Positions 8,504 through 16,583 are shown, counted from the stretch's first letter. The stretch: DNA of 32,000 nt from an archaeon (GCA_024277355.1 JAJRVL010000002.1:60001-92000), one strand, 5' to 3'. The notes: generated by a model not told the origin, from the letters alone. Numbers and translations: made by a program.

Positions 8504-8658
8504 TGCGACCACCGGGAATCGAACCCGAGTCCGAAGCTAATTACAAAACCTTAATAATTAACATAAGTTTCCGCAAAGCGAAAACCTTTTTTTGGTAAAG
8601 CTTTTTTTCTAAAAAAGGTTTTTGGCAAGCTCCAATTCTACCACTGAACCATGGTCGC
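8504..8658 (-). tRNA. tRNA-Gly (anticodon GCC) with an ~84-nt intron at the canonical 37/38 position
   Basis: 5' exon GCGACCATGGTTCAGTGGTAGAATTGGAGCTTGCCA. 3' exon AGCTTCGGACTCGGGTTCGATTCCCGGTGGTCGCA. The acceptor, D, anticodon (GGAGC/GCTTC) and T stems all pair. The intron is approximately 8539..8622. Confidence 0.8.
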
Positions 8659-8715
8659 TTGATATAAAGAAATAAAAGGAAATAGTTTTTATTTTATTCT
8701 TTTTAATTTAGTTGA

Positions 8716-8883
8716 TTATTCGCCAAATATATCTGATTTTTCGTCAAATTTGACCCATTTGCTTTGGCTTGGTTCTAAAGAAACTTTTGAACAAGAAGGA
8801 CACTGCCATACATCAACAGTTTCTTTCCCTCTTTGTTCGGTTCTTTGATGCATCATTATTGAACCGCATCTTAAGCATTTCAT
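8716..8883 (-). CDS. Small zinc-ribbon protein (55 aa)
   Basis: My translation is MKCLRCGSIMMHQRTEQRGKETVDVWQCPSCSKVSLEPSQSKWVKFDEKSDIFGE, with CxxC...CxxC. It lies directly downstream of the 8890..9141 ORF. Confidence 0.4.
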   Translation of the reverse strand: MKCLRCGSIMMHQRTEQRGKETVDVWQCPSCSKVSLEPSQSKWVKFDEKSDIFGE

Positions 8884-8889
8884 TTTACA

Positions 8890-9141
8890 TCAACTTTGAC
8901 TGCAGCTTTCTCCTAACTGGCATCTTTCATGGCATTCAATCCAGTCGCATCCTATTGCGTCTGATTCAATTAATGCATCGCAGTTTGATGCACATTGTTT
9001 TGCTGTAATTATTTGTTCTTTTTGTAATTCTAATGCTCTTGTTGCTGTTCCTTGAGCATTATTTACTGTCCAAAAAGTAGTTACAATTAAAACAAAGAAT
9101 ACTACTCCTGCAAAAAGCATGGCTCTGTGTTTATTATCCAT
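8890..9141 (-). CDS. Membrane-anchored Cys-rich small protein
   Basis: N-terminal TM helix (AMLFAGVVFFVLIVTTFWTV) followed by a domain with 6 Cys. No recognisable family. Confidence 0.5.
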   Translation of the reverse strand: MDNKHRAMLFAGVVFFVLIVTTFWTVNNAQGTATRALELQKEQIITAKQCASNCDALIESDAIGCDWIECHERCQLGESCSQS

Positions 9142-9234
9142 TAAACCCCTCCAAAATAAAACATTGAATATAATAAAGAATTAGTGCTATTTAATGTTTT
9201 GGTTTTAGTGTTTTAATTAAAATATAAATGTCAG

Positions 9235-9306
9235 TGGGCCCGGGCGGAATCGGACCGCCAGTCTTCACGTTGTAAACGTGACGTCATACCACTAGACCAC
9301 GAGCCC
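9235..9306 (-). tRNA. tRNA-Val (anticodon UAC), CCA not encoded
   Basis: Acceptor GGGCTCG/CGGGCCC, anticodon arm TCACG-TTTACAA-CGTGA, T arm GGCGG-TCCGATT-CCGCC. Confidence 0.85.
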
Positions 9307-9398
9307 AGCTGCCTCTGTCAGCTGGCACCAGTGCAGAGCGTAAAGCTCTGCTAGCACGACTTTATGTCGTGCCTCGTACCGCACAGCCGAAACTGTGC
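9307..9398 (-). ncRNA. GC-rich multi-hairpin element between the dnaG stop and tRNA-Val (unknown structured RNA or leader)
   Basis: Four perfect hairpins: 9306-9324 (CAGCTG arms), 9333-9351 (GCAGAGC/GCTCTGC), 9354-9372 (GCACGAC/GTCGTGC) and 9381-9398 (GCACAG/CTGTGC). A 5-bp helix (9324-9328 with 9376-9380) encloses the middle two. That helix has a G-U pair only in the minus-sense RNA. Confidence 0.5.
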
Positions 9399-9400
9399 TT

Positions 9401-10720
9401 TTACATTACTAAAGTTTTTATTTCTGGTGTTTCTTCAATTTTGCCTTTTTTTACTCCAATAATGTATTTTACTGAATGTTTTTTTGCTTCTTCTAATAAT
9501 CTTTTGGTTATTATTCCATCCAATAAAACTGATTCAACATTTTTTTGTTCTTTTAATGCTGGAAGCAATTCTCTGATATTTGTTTTTTTGATTTCTTTTC
9601 CTTTGCTGTCAAGTATTAATGCCTGCATTTTTCCTTTTACTCCTGCCATTAAAGGCTCAAATCTTGTTTTTTCTTCTGGAGAAGCAACAACTTCAGGTTT
9701 AACTGGAACATATTCTGTTCTTGGCCTGTAATCCTGTCTAAATGAATTATCTTGTCTGCTGAATGAACTTGGCCTTCTTGAATCAAAGCTTCTTGTATTT
9801 GAATACCTTGAAGAAAAAGGTTTAGTGGTTCTCATGTCTGTTCTTGGTCTGCTGTTTTGAGTAAAACCAAATCTTGAATTTCTTGGTTTGATAAAACTTT
9901 GTCCTTTTGATTCTTCTGCTGGAATTCTTTTCCTTAAAGCCATTGTAATTTCTTTTTTTGCTAATTCTTCTACTTCTTTTCCATCTGGAGCTCTTGCAAT
10001 AAAATCAACTTTTGTTTGCTGCATTAATTGTCTTTTAATTAATTCTCCGCCTCTGTCTCCATCTGTAAATAAAATTATTGTTTTTGTTCTGCAGAAAGGA
10101 ATAATTGAATAAGGAATTTTTGAGCCGTTCATTCCCACAACGTTTTTTACTCCGTTTTTTAGTAAATTAATAACGTCTGCTCTTCCTTCAACTAAAATTA
10201 CTTCTTCTTCTTTTGCTATATCTGGACCACATGGAAGTTTTTCTGGACCCCATGACTGCACTTCTGAAGCTCTTGAGGATTCTCTTACTTCTTCTGCTAA
10301 TTCAGATGAAGCTGTTCTTTCACTTAAAAATTTATTTAGTAATTCTTTTGCTCTGTTTTTAATTTCTTCTCTTTTTTGTGTTCTTGTATCTTCTATTTGT
10401 TCTACGTGAAATTTTGATTCATATGGTCCTACTTTTTCAATTGATTCAATTGCTGCTGCTAAAATTGAAGTTTGAACCATATCTAAAGAAGAAGGAACAT
10501 TTAGTGTTCCATTAGTTTTCCCGTTTTCTGGTGCCGGAAAAATATCTATTCTTCCTATTTTTCCGTTTTTTTGTAGTTCTCTTAAATCTAAGTCTTCTCC
10601 GATTAATCCTTCGCTTTGACCAAAAACTGCTCCGACAATATCATGTTTGTCTACTAATCCTTGTATTTCAAATTTTGCTTTGATATTGTATTTAACTGTG
10701 TTAATGTAAGTTTTTCCCAT
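9401..10720 (-). CDS. dnaG: Archaeal DnaG primase-like TOPRIM protein
   Basis: Typical archaeal DnaG N-terminus (VGAVFGQSEGLIGEDLDLRELQKNGKIGRI) and TOPRIM domain (ILVEGRADVINL...FTDGDRGGELI). An S/R-rich disordered linker precedes the C-terminal domain. Confidence 0.9.
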   Translation of the reverse strand: MGKTYINTVKYNIKAKFEIQGLVDKHDIVGAVFGQSEGLIGEDLDLRELQKNGKIGRIDIFPAPENGKTNGTLNVPSSLDMVQTSILAAAIESIEKVGPYESKFHVEQIEDTRTQKREEIKNRAKELLNKFLSERTASSELAEEVRESSRASEVQSWGPEKLPCGPDIAKEEEVILVEGRADVINLLKNGVKNVVGMNGSKIPYSIIPFCRTKTIILFTDGDRGGELIKRQLMQQTKVDFIARAPDGKEVEELAKKEITMALRKRIPAEESKGQSFIKPRNSRFGFTQNSRPRTDMRTTKPFSSRYSNTRSFDSRRPSSFSRQDNSFRQDYRPRTEYVPVKPEVVASPEEKTRFEPLMAGVKGKMQALILDSKGKEIKKTNIRELLPALKEQKNVESVLLDGIITKRLLEEAKKHSVKYIIGVKKGKIEETPEIKTLVM

Positions 10721-10782
10721 TAATAATCACCTTTGTAATTTCTGCATTCTTTTTTTTTTTTGAATGCGTTTTTTTTCTAAAA

Positions 10783-11052
10783 TTAGAGTTTTTTATTTTT
10801 TTTTATTAATTCAAGGATTTCTTTTTTTGTTTTGTTTTCAATTAATAATTTTTTGTTTTTTGATTTTAATCCTTGTATTTCAATTTTTGTTTTAAAGATT
10901 TTTTGTAATTTTTCTTGTAATTCTTTATTGGCTTTTCCTTTTACTGCTTTTTCTTTTGTTTTTATTTCAAGGCAGTTAGTCCATTCATTAAAGCCTATTA
11001 TTTCAAATTTTTTTGAGCCTGGTTTAATATAAAGCTCGATGATTTTTTTCAT
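10783..11052 (-). CDS. DUF167 (YggU-like) protein
   Basis: IKPGSKKFEI...LEIKTKEKAVKGKANKEL is the DUF167 pattern. Confidence 0.65.
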   Translation of the reverse strand: MKKIIELYIKPGSKKFEIIGFNEWTNCLEIKTKEKAVKGKANKELQEKLQKIFKTKIEIQGLKSKNKKLLIENKTKKEILELIKKNKKL

Positions 11053-11162
11053 TTAAAACTTTTAATTTTAATAATTTAATTTTTTAATGTGAATTAAAAA
11101 ACTCTAATTTATTAAAGATTTAATAAGACAAACTCATATAAATATTATGTTGAGGTTTTTTT

Positions 11163-11570
11163 GTGGCTCATTACAATAAAGGTGCTAATGCTGAAAGAGA
11201 ATTATTAAGAATAATTTATGATAATGGGTTTGGTTGTGTTAGAATTGCAGGTTCAGGTGCAACTATTCTGCCGTCTCCTGATATTGTTGCTTTAAGTCCT
11301 GATAAAAAAATTTCTTTTGAATGCAAGGCGTGGAATTCAAATTATTTAAATATTTCAATTACTCAGATGACTGAATTAATTTATTGGGGTAAAATTTCAG
11401 GAACAGAAGTTTTTGTTGCATGGAAAATTCCTCAAAAAGGATGGTTTTTTTTAAAACCAGAGGATTTCGTTAAAAAAGCTAAATCTTATGCTATATCTAA
11501 AAAAGATGCGTTTAAAAAATCCCAGAATTTAAGTGTTATTTTAGGAAAACAAGCTGTTTTAAAGCAGTAA
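11163..11570 (+). CDS. hjc: Holliday junction resolvase Hjc (GTG start)
   Basis: KGANAERELLRIIYDNGFGCVRIAGSG...PDIVAL...SFECKAW has the Hjc catalytic E...D...ExK arrangement. Confidence 0.88.
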   Translation: MAHYNKGANAERELLRIIYDNGFGCVRIAGSGATILPSPDIVALSPDKKISFECKAWNSNYLNISITQMTELIYWGKISGTEVFVAWKIPQKGWFFLKPEDFVKKAKSYAISKKDAFKKSQNLSVILGKQAVLKQ

Positions 11571-11650
11571 ACTAATGAAAAAAAGCATTGATTTAAAAGC
11601 ACTTTTTTACTTAATTTTTAGTACTATTTAAGAAAAAAAGAGGGTTTTTA

Positions 11651-11794
11651 ATGCACGTAATAATGGAAGAATTAATCACAAAAATAGATTATTTATCAAC
11701 TAAAGAAAAAAGCATTAGAAACAGACTTTTACTTGAAAATGCTTCAACTAAATTAAAAGAATACCATAAAATCAAAAATGAAATTATAGAATAA
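11651..11794 (+). CDS. Possible small helical ORF (47 aa)
   Basis: ATG preceded by AGAGGG. MHVIMEELITKIDYLSTKEKSIRNRLLLENASTKLKEYHKIKNEIIE. No family recognised and it may be spurious. Confidence 0.25.
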   Translation: MHVIMEELITKIDYLSTKEKSIRNRLLLENASTKLKEYHKIKNEIIE

Positions 11795-11827
11795 TTTTTT
11801 GTTATGTGATTTTTTCTTTTTTTTTAA

Positions 11828-12520
11828 TTAGGTTTTTGAAGCCATGAATAATAATGCTAATGCTACTATTACCATTCCAAAGAAAATGCTTACAGTCCCT
11901 ATGTCTGTTATTCCGTATTCTGTGTTAGTAAAAGCAAAATAAAATGCAAGAAAACCAAATATTACTCCTGCTCCAATTAAAGTAAACCTTAATAACTGTA
12001 ATTTTTTTGCTGTTCCTTTTAATCTTAGTTCAGTTAAATCTAATTGAGCCATGTCAACTTTTTCGTCTATTTTTACTGTTGAATCTTTTACTTTTCCTAT
12101 TACTCCGGTTAAAGCCATTATATTTGAATTAATTTTTGTTTGAAAAATATTCATTTTGCTTAAAAGCATGTCTTTAAAGCTTTCAACTTCTTTGGTTGTT
12201 TTTTGTTCGTATTCATCTAAGTCATTGCTCATTTCTCTCATTAAATCTTGTGAAAGCCTTTTTTCTTCTATTTCTGTTTCAGTTTTAATGAATTTTTTTA
12301 TCCAGGGTTGTTCTGCAGCTAAGTCTTGTCTTACAATTTTTTTTATTTCTGCTTTAAGTAAATCAAAAGTGTCTGCTTCGGCTAAAAGTAATAGTCTTCT
12401 TGCTTGTTCTTCTTTTATTCCTAAAACTTTTAGTTCTGAAACTATTTTTTTTTCGTTTTTTCCTTCTCTAACCATTTTTGAAATGGTTTCAATTATGCTT
12501 GCCTCTTTTTGTACAGGCAT
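11828..12520 (-). CDS. Hypothetical coiled-coil protein with two C-terminal TM helices (paralogue A)
   Basis: It shares a ~70-aa N-terminal three-helix domain with the adjacent ORF (SIIETISKMVREGKNEKKIVSELKVLGIKEEQARRLLLLAEADTF). Hydrophobic C-terminus. Confidence 0.6.
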   Translation of the reverse strand: MPVQKEASIIETISKMVREGKNEKKIVSELKVLGIKEEQARRLLLLAEADTFDLLKAEIKKIVRQDLAAEQPWIKKFIKTETEIEEKRLSQDLMREMSNDLDEYEQKTTKEVESFKDMLLSKMNIFQTKINSNIMALTGVIGKVKDSTVKIDEKVDMAQLDLTELRLKGTAKKLQLLRFTLIGAGVIFGFLAFYFAFTNTEYGITDIGTVSIFFGMVIVALALLFMASKT

Positions 12521-12524
12521 GATA

Positions 12525-13010
12525 TCACAATCTAACTTCTCTTATTATTTTTTTCTTTCTGTGTTCTTTTTTTTCTTTTTCTGATTCAAAATCAAATCTT
12601 ATTCCATGAGTTGTTTCTGGATGACTTAATAATTTCATTAATTCCTGCATTTTTGCTTTCTTTTTTTCTGTTTTTTCTTCTGTTTTTATTTTGTCTTCTA
12701 ATAAATCTTTTAATTCATTTATTTTTTCATTGAATTGTTCAGCAATATGTCCTTCTTCTTCTTTTACTATTTCTACAATTAATTTTCTGAATAATATTTC
12801 TTCTTTTTTCATGTCTTCTTTGACAATTTTTTGTATTTCTTTTTTTAGTAAAGCAAAAGTGTCTGCTTCTCCTAATAACAATAGTTTTCTTGCTTGTTCT
12901 TCTTTTATTCCTAAACTTTTCAGTTCTTTTAGTATTTCTTTTTGAGGACGGCCTTCTTTAACCATTTTTTCAATTATTTCAATTATGCTTGTTTCATTGC
13001 CTATTTTCAT
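12525..13010 (-). CDS. Hypothetical coiled-coil protein (paralogue B, soluble)
   Basis: The N-terminal domain SIIEIIEKMVKEGRPQKEILKELKSLGIKEEQARKLLLLGEADTF closely matches paralogue A. No TM segment. Confidence 0.6.
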   Translation of the reverse strand: MKIGNETSIIEIIEKMVKEGRPQKEILKELKSLGIKEEQARKLLLLGEADTFALLKKEIQKIVKEDMKKEEILFRKLIVEIVKEEEGHIAEQFNEKINELKDLLEDKIKTEEKTEKKKAKMQELMKLLSHPETTHGIRFDFESEKEKKEHRKKKIIREVRL

Positions 13011-13063
13011 TTTTTCACTGAATATAAAAAGAGCTTTAGTATTAATAAATATTGTTGAATAAT

Positions 13064-13097
13064 AAAGAAAAAAAGAAAAACCGGCAGATTATGCCAG
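13064..13097 (-). terminator. Hairpin plus oligo-U tract downstream of the secreted-protein gene
   Basis: The minus-sense RNA reads CTGGCATAATCTGCCGG followed by TTTTTCTTTTTTTCTTT. The stem is imperfect. Confidence 0.3.
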
Positions 13098-13802
13098 TTA
13101 ATTGTAATTTAAGTCATCTGAATTAAAATCAAAGTTGTATTCCTGCATTAATTCTTCCATTGTTTTGATTTTATCTTGGGGTACAACAAAAACTGCATCT
13201 TCAACTGAATTTAATTTAATGTTTTTTAAGGACATTTCTGCTTTGCCTACTTCAGTTGTCATTAAGAGTTTAACTGGAATGCCGTATTTAATTGAAATCC
13301 ATGCTTTTGTTTTAACTGCTGTGTCTTCGTTTGAAGCTTTATATTTGAATTCAATTACTTTTGTTTTCATGTCATTAACTGTTTCTTCTCCTAATTCTTT
13401 CATTTCAATATCATTTAATGCTTGTTCAGAGAAATCTAAGAAATCTAATCCGCCGGCATTTCCTGAGTCAGGTACGTCCATTTCTAAATAAACATCTTTT
13501 GCTGGATCGTAGTTATACATGTGTGTTCCATTAAAAATTAACTCGGATTTTTGTCCTAAAATTGAAGTTTCCATTTTGTATTTTTCTTTTTTTTGGTAAA
13601 CTGTTAAAGTTAAAGGAAAAGGAGTAGTCATTATAACATCATATTGAATATTGTCAATGCTTTTTCCTTTTTCCAGTATTTCCTGAATTGTTTCTGCTGA
13701 AAGTTTTTTTGCTTTTGTATTATCTTGGCTTGTTCCTTGAGTGCATCCTAAAGAAACAGTTAATGCAATTAATAAAATTAAAATTAATATTTTTTTGTTC
13801 AT
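13098..13802 (-). CDS. Secreted protein or putative lipoprotein (LolA-like fold is only a guess)
   Basis: Signal peptide MNKKILILILLIALTVSLGC with Cys after the hydrophobic core. GGAGG Shine-Dalgarno-like sequence upstream. Confidence 0.6.
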   Translation of the reverse strand: MNKKILILILLIALTVSLGCTQGTSQDNTKAKKLSAETIQEILEKGKSIDNIQYDVIMTTPFPLTLTVYQKKEKYKMETSILGQKSELIFNGTHMYNYDPAKDVYLEMDVPDSGNAGGLDFLDFSEQALNDIEMKELGEETVNDMKTKVIEFKYKASNEDTAVKTKAWISIKYGIPVKLLMTTEVGKAEMSLKNIKLNSVEDAVFVVPQDKIKTMEELMQEYNFDFNSDDLNYN

Positions 13803-13856
13803 TTAATTCCTCCTCTGGTTAATTAAGTTAAATTAAGTTAAATCAAATTTAAAAGC

Positions 13857-14597
13857 CTATATTTTTATTTTTCCTTTTTGGAATTCTAATAAAAGTTGTT
13901 TTGAAACTGCATTAATATTAGGGAGTCCTTTTTTCATTAATTTTTTTCTTTTTAATGCAATTTCTTCAAGAATATTTTCCGGTTCATTTGATTTTGCACC
14001 TAATTTTTCAAGTTCTTTTGGGTTTTTTTCTTGCAGTAATTTAATTAATTTTTCTGCTGCTTCTTCAGGGTATTTTAATTTAGATGGGTTTTTTGCGCCA
14101 ATTAAAACTAATTCAATTTCGTCTCTTTCTCCATATGGAATAATTCCAGGGGAATCAATTAACTTAAAGTTTCTTCCTTTAACTATTTGTTCTCCTCTGG
14201 TAAATCCTGCTGTAATTGAAGTTTTAATTTTCTTTTTGGTTAAAGAATTAATTATTGAACTTTTTCCTGTGTTTGGATAACCTATTACTCCAATTGTATT
14301 TCCTGCTTTTTTTATTTTAATTGCAATTAATTCTCTTAATCTTGTCATTCCTTGTTTTTCTGTTGAAGAAATAAAAATGCATGTTTCTTTGATTTCTTTT
14401 TTTGTTTTTTTTGCAGTATTTTTTGAAATTAAATCTGCTTTATTTAATACAATAATTAATTCTTTTCCTTTTCTTTTAATGTATTCTTCTATTTTTTTGT
14501 TTCTTGTTTTGTCTGCAAATCTTGCATCAACTACTTCAATTAATATATCTGAATTATGGATTACTGAATAAACTCTGTCAAAAAAGCCTTTTCTCAT
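13857..14597 (-). CDS. Circularly permuted GTPase (YlqF/RbgA-YawG family, ribosome biogenesis)
   Basis: Motif order is G4 (LNKADL), G1 (GYPNTGKSS), G3 (DSPG). Confidence 0.8.
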   Translation of the reverse strand: MRKGFFDRVYSVIHNSDILIEVVDARFADKTRNKKIEEYIKRKGKELIIVLNKADLISKNTAKKTKKEIKETCIFISSTEKQGMTRLRELIAIKIKKAGNTIGVIGYPNTGKSSIINSLTKKKIKTSITAGFTRGEQIVKGRNFKLIDSPGIIPYGERDEIELVLIGAKNPSKLKYPEEAAEKLIKLLQEKNPKELEKLGAKSNEPENILEEIALKRKKLMKKGLPNINAVSKQLLLEFQKGKIKI

Positions 14598-14636
14598 TTA
14601 AATCAGAAAAAAATATGTTTAAGAGTAATTAAATGC

Positions 14637-15545
14637 TTATTTGCGTTTTCTTACTTGAGAATAAATTCCTGCATAATAATATGCCCCAAACCCCATCCAT
14701 ATCGCAGAAAATAACATATAAATTAAACTTGAAACAAAATAGTTTATTCCAATATAACCTATGCTTCTAGAAACCACGAAAAAAATTACTCCTATTATTA
14801 ATAATGCAATAAAAATGTCAATTACTTTTCCTTGAGTTAAATTCCATCCATCTCTTAAAGACTGGAATATTCCTTTGTTTGTTTCCAAGAAAACATATGG
14901 TGTCATTGAAAGCCTGATTGAATTATAGATTACTATAAACAGGTAAAAGAAAGATAAAAATAATGCAAGCAAAAGAAGTATAATGCCTATTCCGGAAATT
15001 AAAGTGATTATTCCGATTAAATATAATGCAATTATTCCAATGAAAACAAAAAAGAATCTTTTGTCATAATAAGAAATTAAAGCCAGAATTCCTGATAAAA
15101 TCTGGAGGATTATCAGTTTAACATATTTTGTTGCATTAAAAGGAGCTGTTTTAATTTTGTAGAAGTTCATTCCTTTTAGTAAAATTAAAACAGAAAAAAA
15201 TCCCTGGATTAATAAAATCATAAAATAACCAACAAAGGTAATTGAAATAATGGTAATTGATTCTGGAAATTGATTAAGTGTAGTAATTATTAATTGTGGT
15301 AAAACCTCTGCAATAAATTTAAGTATTTCAATTAAAGGCCGACTTCCCATAAGCAGAATTCCATAAGACATGCCATATATTTTCATTATTATTTGCACGT
15401 AAATTTTGTTTATAGTGTCTGATATTGTGAAAAAATAAACTAAAAATGAGATTAAATTTATAAGAAACCATATTTTTAAATATTTCATGGCTTCTTTATT
15501 TTTTTTCCATTTAAAACTATTATTTAAAATAATGCTATAATCCAT
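14637..15545 (-). CDS. Polytopic membrane protein, unknown function
   Basis: 302 aa with about 7-8 hydrophobic segments. No motif recognised. Confidence 0.6.
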   Translation of the reverse strand: MDYSIILNNSFKWKKNKEAMKYLKIWFLINLISFLVYFFTISDTINKIYVQIIMKIYGMSYGILLMGSRPLIEILKFIAEVLPQLIITTLNQFPESITIISITFVGYFMILLIQGFFSVLILLKGMNFYKIKTAPFNATKYVKLIILQILSGILALISYYDKRFFFVFIGIIALYLIGIITLISGIGIILLLLALFLSFFYLFIVIYNSIRLSMTPYVFLETNKGIFQSLRDGWNLTQGKVIDIFIALLIIGVIFFVVSRSIGYIGINYFVSSLIYMLFSAIWMGFGAYYYAGIYSQVRKRK

Positions 15546-15647
15546 ACTAACTTTATTTGTTTTTTTAATATAAATATCTATTGTTTCTAAAAATGAGTGA
15601 ATTATTGTATTTTTGTCATAATATGGTAATTTATGATCCTTAAATGC

Positions 15648-15710
15648 TTATTTACTTTTCCTTACTTGAGAATAAATTTCTGAATAACTGTAAACTGCAA
15701 ATGCTTCCAT
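15648..15710 (-). pseudogene. Relic of the 3' end of a paralogue of the 14637..15545 membrane-protein gene
   Basis: 15641-15690 aligns at the nucleotide level with 14631-14680. The encoded MEAFAVYSYSEIYSQVRKSK compares with the C-terminus ...YYAGIYSQVRKRK. Confidence 0.5.
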
Positions 15711-15752
15711 TATTAAAAATATTAAGCAATAGAATTATTTAAAGGTTTAGTT

Positions 15753-16103
15753 TTAAAGTAATTTTAAGTTTTTAGTGTATTTGTTAATTAAGTTTTCAGG
15801 GCCTGGGCCAATTCCAATACATGTTTTGCTTCCTGAAGCAATTTGTGTTCTTCCTGCATCTCTGATTAATGCAGTTGGAATTTCTTTTTTTATTGATTCA
15901 AATAATTCAAGTAATTCTTTTTCTGATGAAACTTTTAATACAACTTTTTGTGTTCCTGTTTGTTTCCATTCTTCAACCCATTCAGGAAACTTTATTTTTG
16001 TTTTTTCTAAGGCTTCAACTGAAGCGTGTGATGCCTGTGCGGCAGTTTTTCCTTTCTGCATCTTTAAGTCTGTTCTAATTACAATTACTTGCTTAAATTC
16101 CAT
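15753..16103 (-). CDS. pth2: Peptidyl-tRNA hydrolase, archaeal Pth2 type
   Basis: VIRTDLKMQKGKTAAQASHAS...VVLKV...IRDAGRTQIASGSKTCIGIGP is the PTH2 signature. Confidence 0.92.
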   Translation of the reverse strand: MEFKQVIVIRTDLKMQKGKTAAQASHASVEALEKTKIKFPEWVEEWKQTGTQKVVLKVSSEKELLELFESIKKEIPTALIRDAGRTQIASGSKTCIGIGPGPENLINKYTKNLKLL

Positions 16104-16117
16104 TTTAAATCAATTAT

Positions 16118-16258
16118 TTATTCATCACTGCATTCATCATCGTCTTTGCATTCTTCTTCAAAACCGCATTCACTGCATACATATTTGTTTTCTTTTTTTT
16201 CCATTTCTTTTCCGCAGTGTTCTTTTTTTGTTTCTTCGTGTCCACAACAACAACCCAT
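16118..16258 (-). CDS. Small acidic Cys-rich protein (46 aa)
   Basis: My translation is MGCCCGHEETKKEHCGKEMEKKENKYVCSECGFEEECKDDDECSDE. It is packed tightly between the 16263 ORF and pth2. Below the ORF-track cut-off. Confidence 0.4.
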   Translation of the reverse strand: MGCCCGHEETKKEHCGKEMEKKENKYVCSECGFEEECKDDDECSDE

Positions 16259-16262
16259 TTTT

Positions 16263-16583
16263 TCATCCCCTTAATTCTTTTAATGTTAAAGTTTTTGTTA
16301 ATCCGTCATTTCCCCATAATTGAGAGAAACTTTCAGATGAATGTTTTTCAATCCATAACTGTCTGTTTGTTGGATGGGCGTGCCCTTTGTTTGTGTATCC
16401 AACGTCATATTCGACTAGGATTCTGTCTTTTCCTATTTTAACTAAACGAAAAACTTTTCCGCCGTTTCCGTTTGATTCAAATAATTCGCCTTCTGTTACT
16501 TCTACTTCTTTTGTTTCTCTTTCTTTCTGAAAAGGCGGATTCCAGTCTTGTTTTAGTTCTTTTATTTCAATTACTGCTTTCAT
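16263..16583 (-). CDS. Hypothetical protein
   Basis: I prefer the ATG at 16583 (MKAVIEIKEL...) because GAGGG lies 7 nt upstream. No family recognised. Confidence 0.5.
   Translation of the reverse strand: MKAVIEIKELKQDWNPPFQKERETKEVEVTEGELFESNGNGGKVFRLVKIGKDRILVEYDVGYTNKGHAHPTNRQLWIEKHSSESFSQLWGNDGLTKTLTLKELRG

Noticed and set aside
8769-9008. Listed + strand ORF (79 aa)
   Set aside because: It overlaps two better-supported minus-strand small ORFs (a zinc ribbon and a TM plus Cys-rich protein) and has no start context.
13822-13843. Short tandem repeat AATTAAGTTA x2 upstream of the secreted-protein gene
   Set aside because: There are only two short AT-rich units in a promoter region, which is within chance expectation for this composition.
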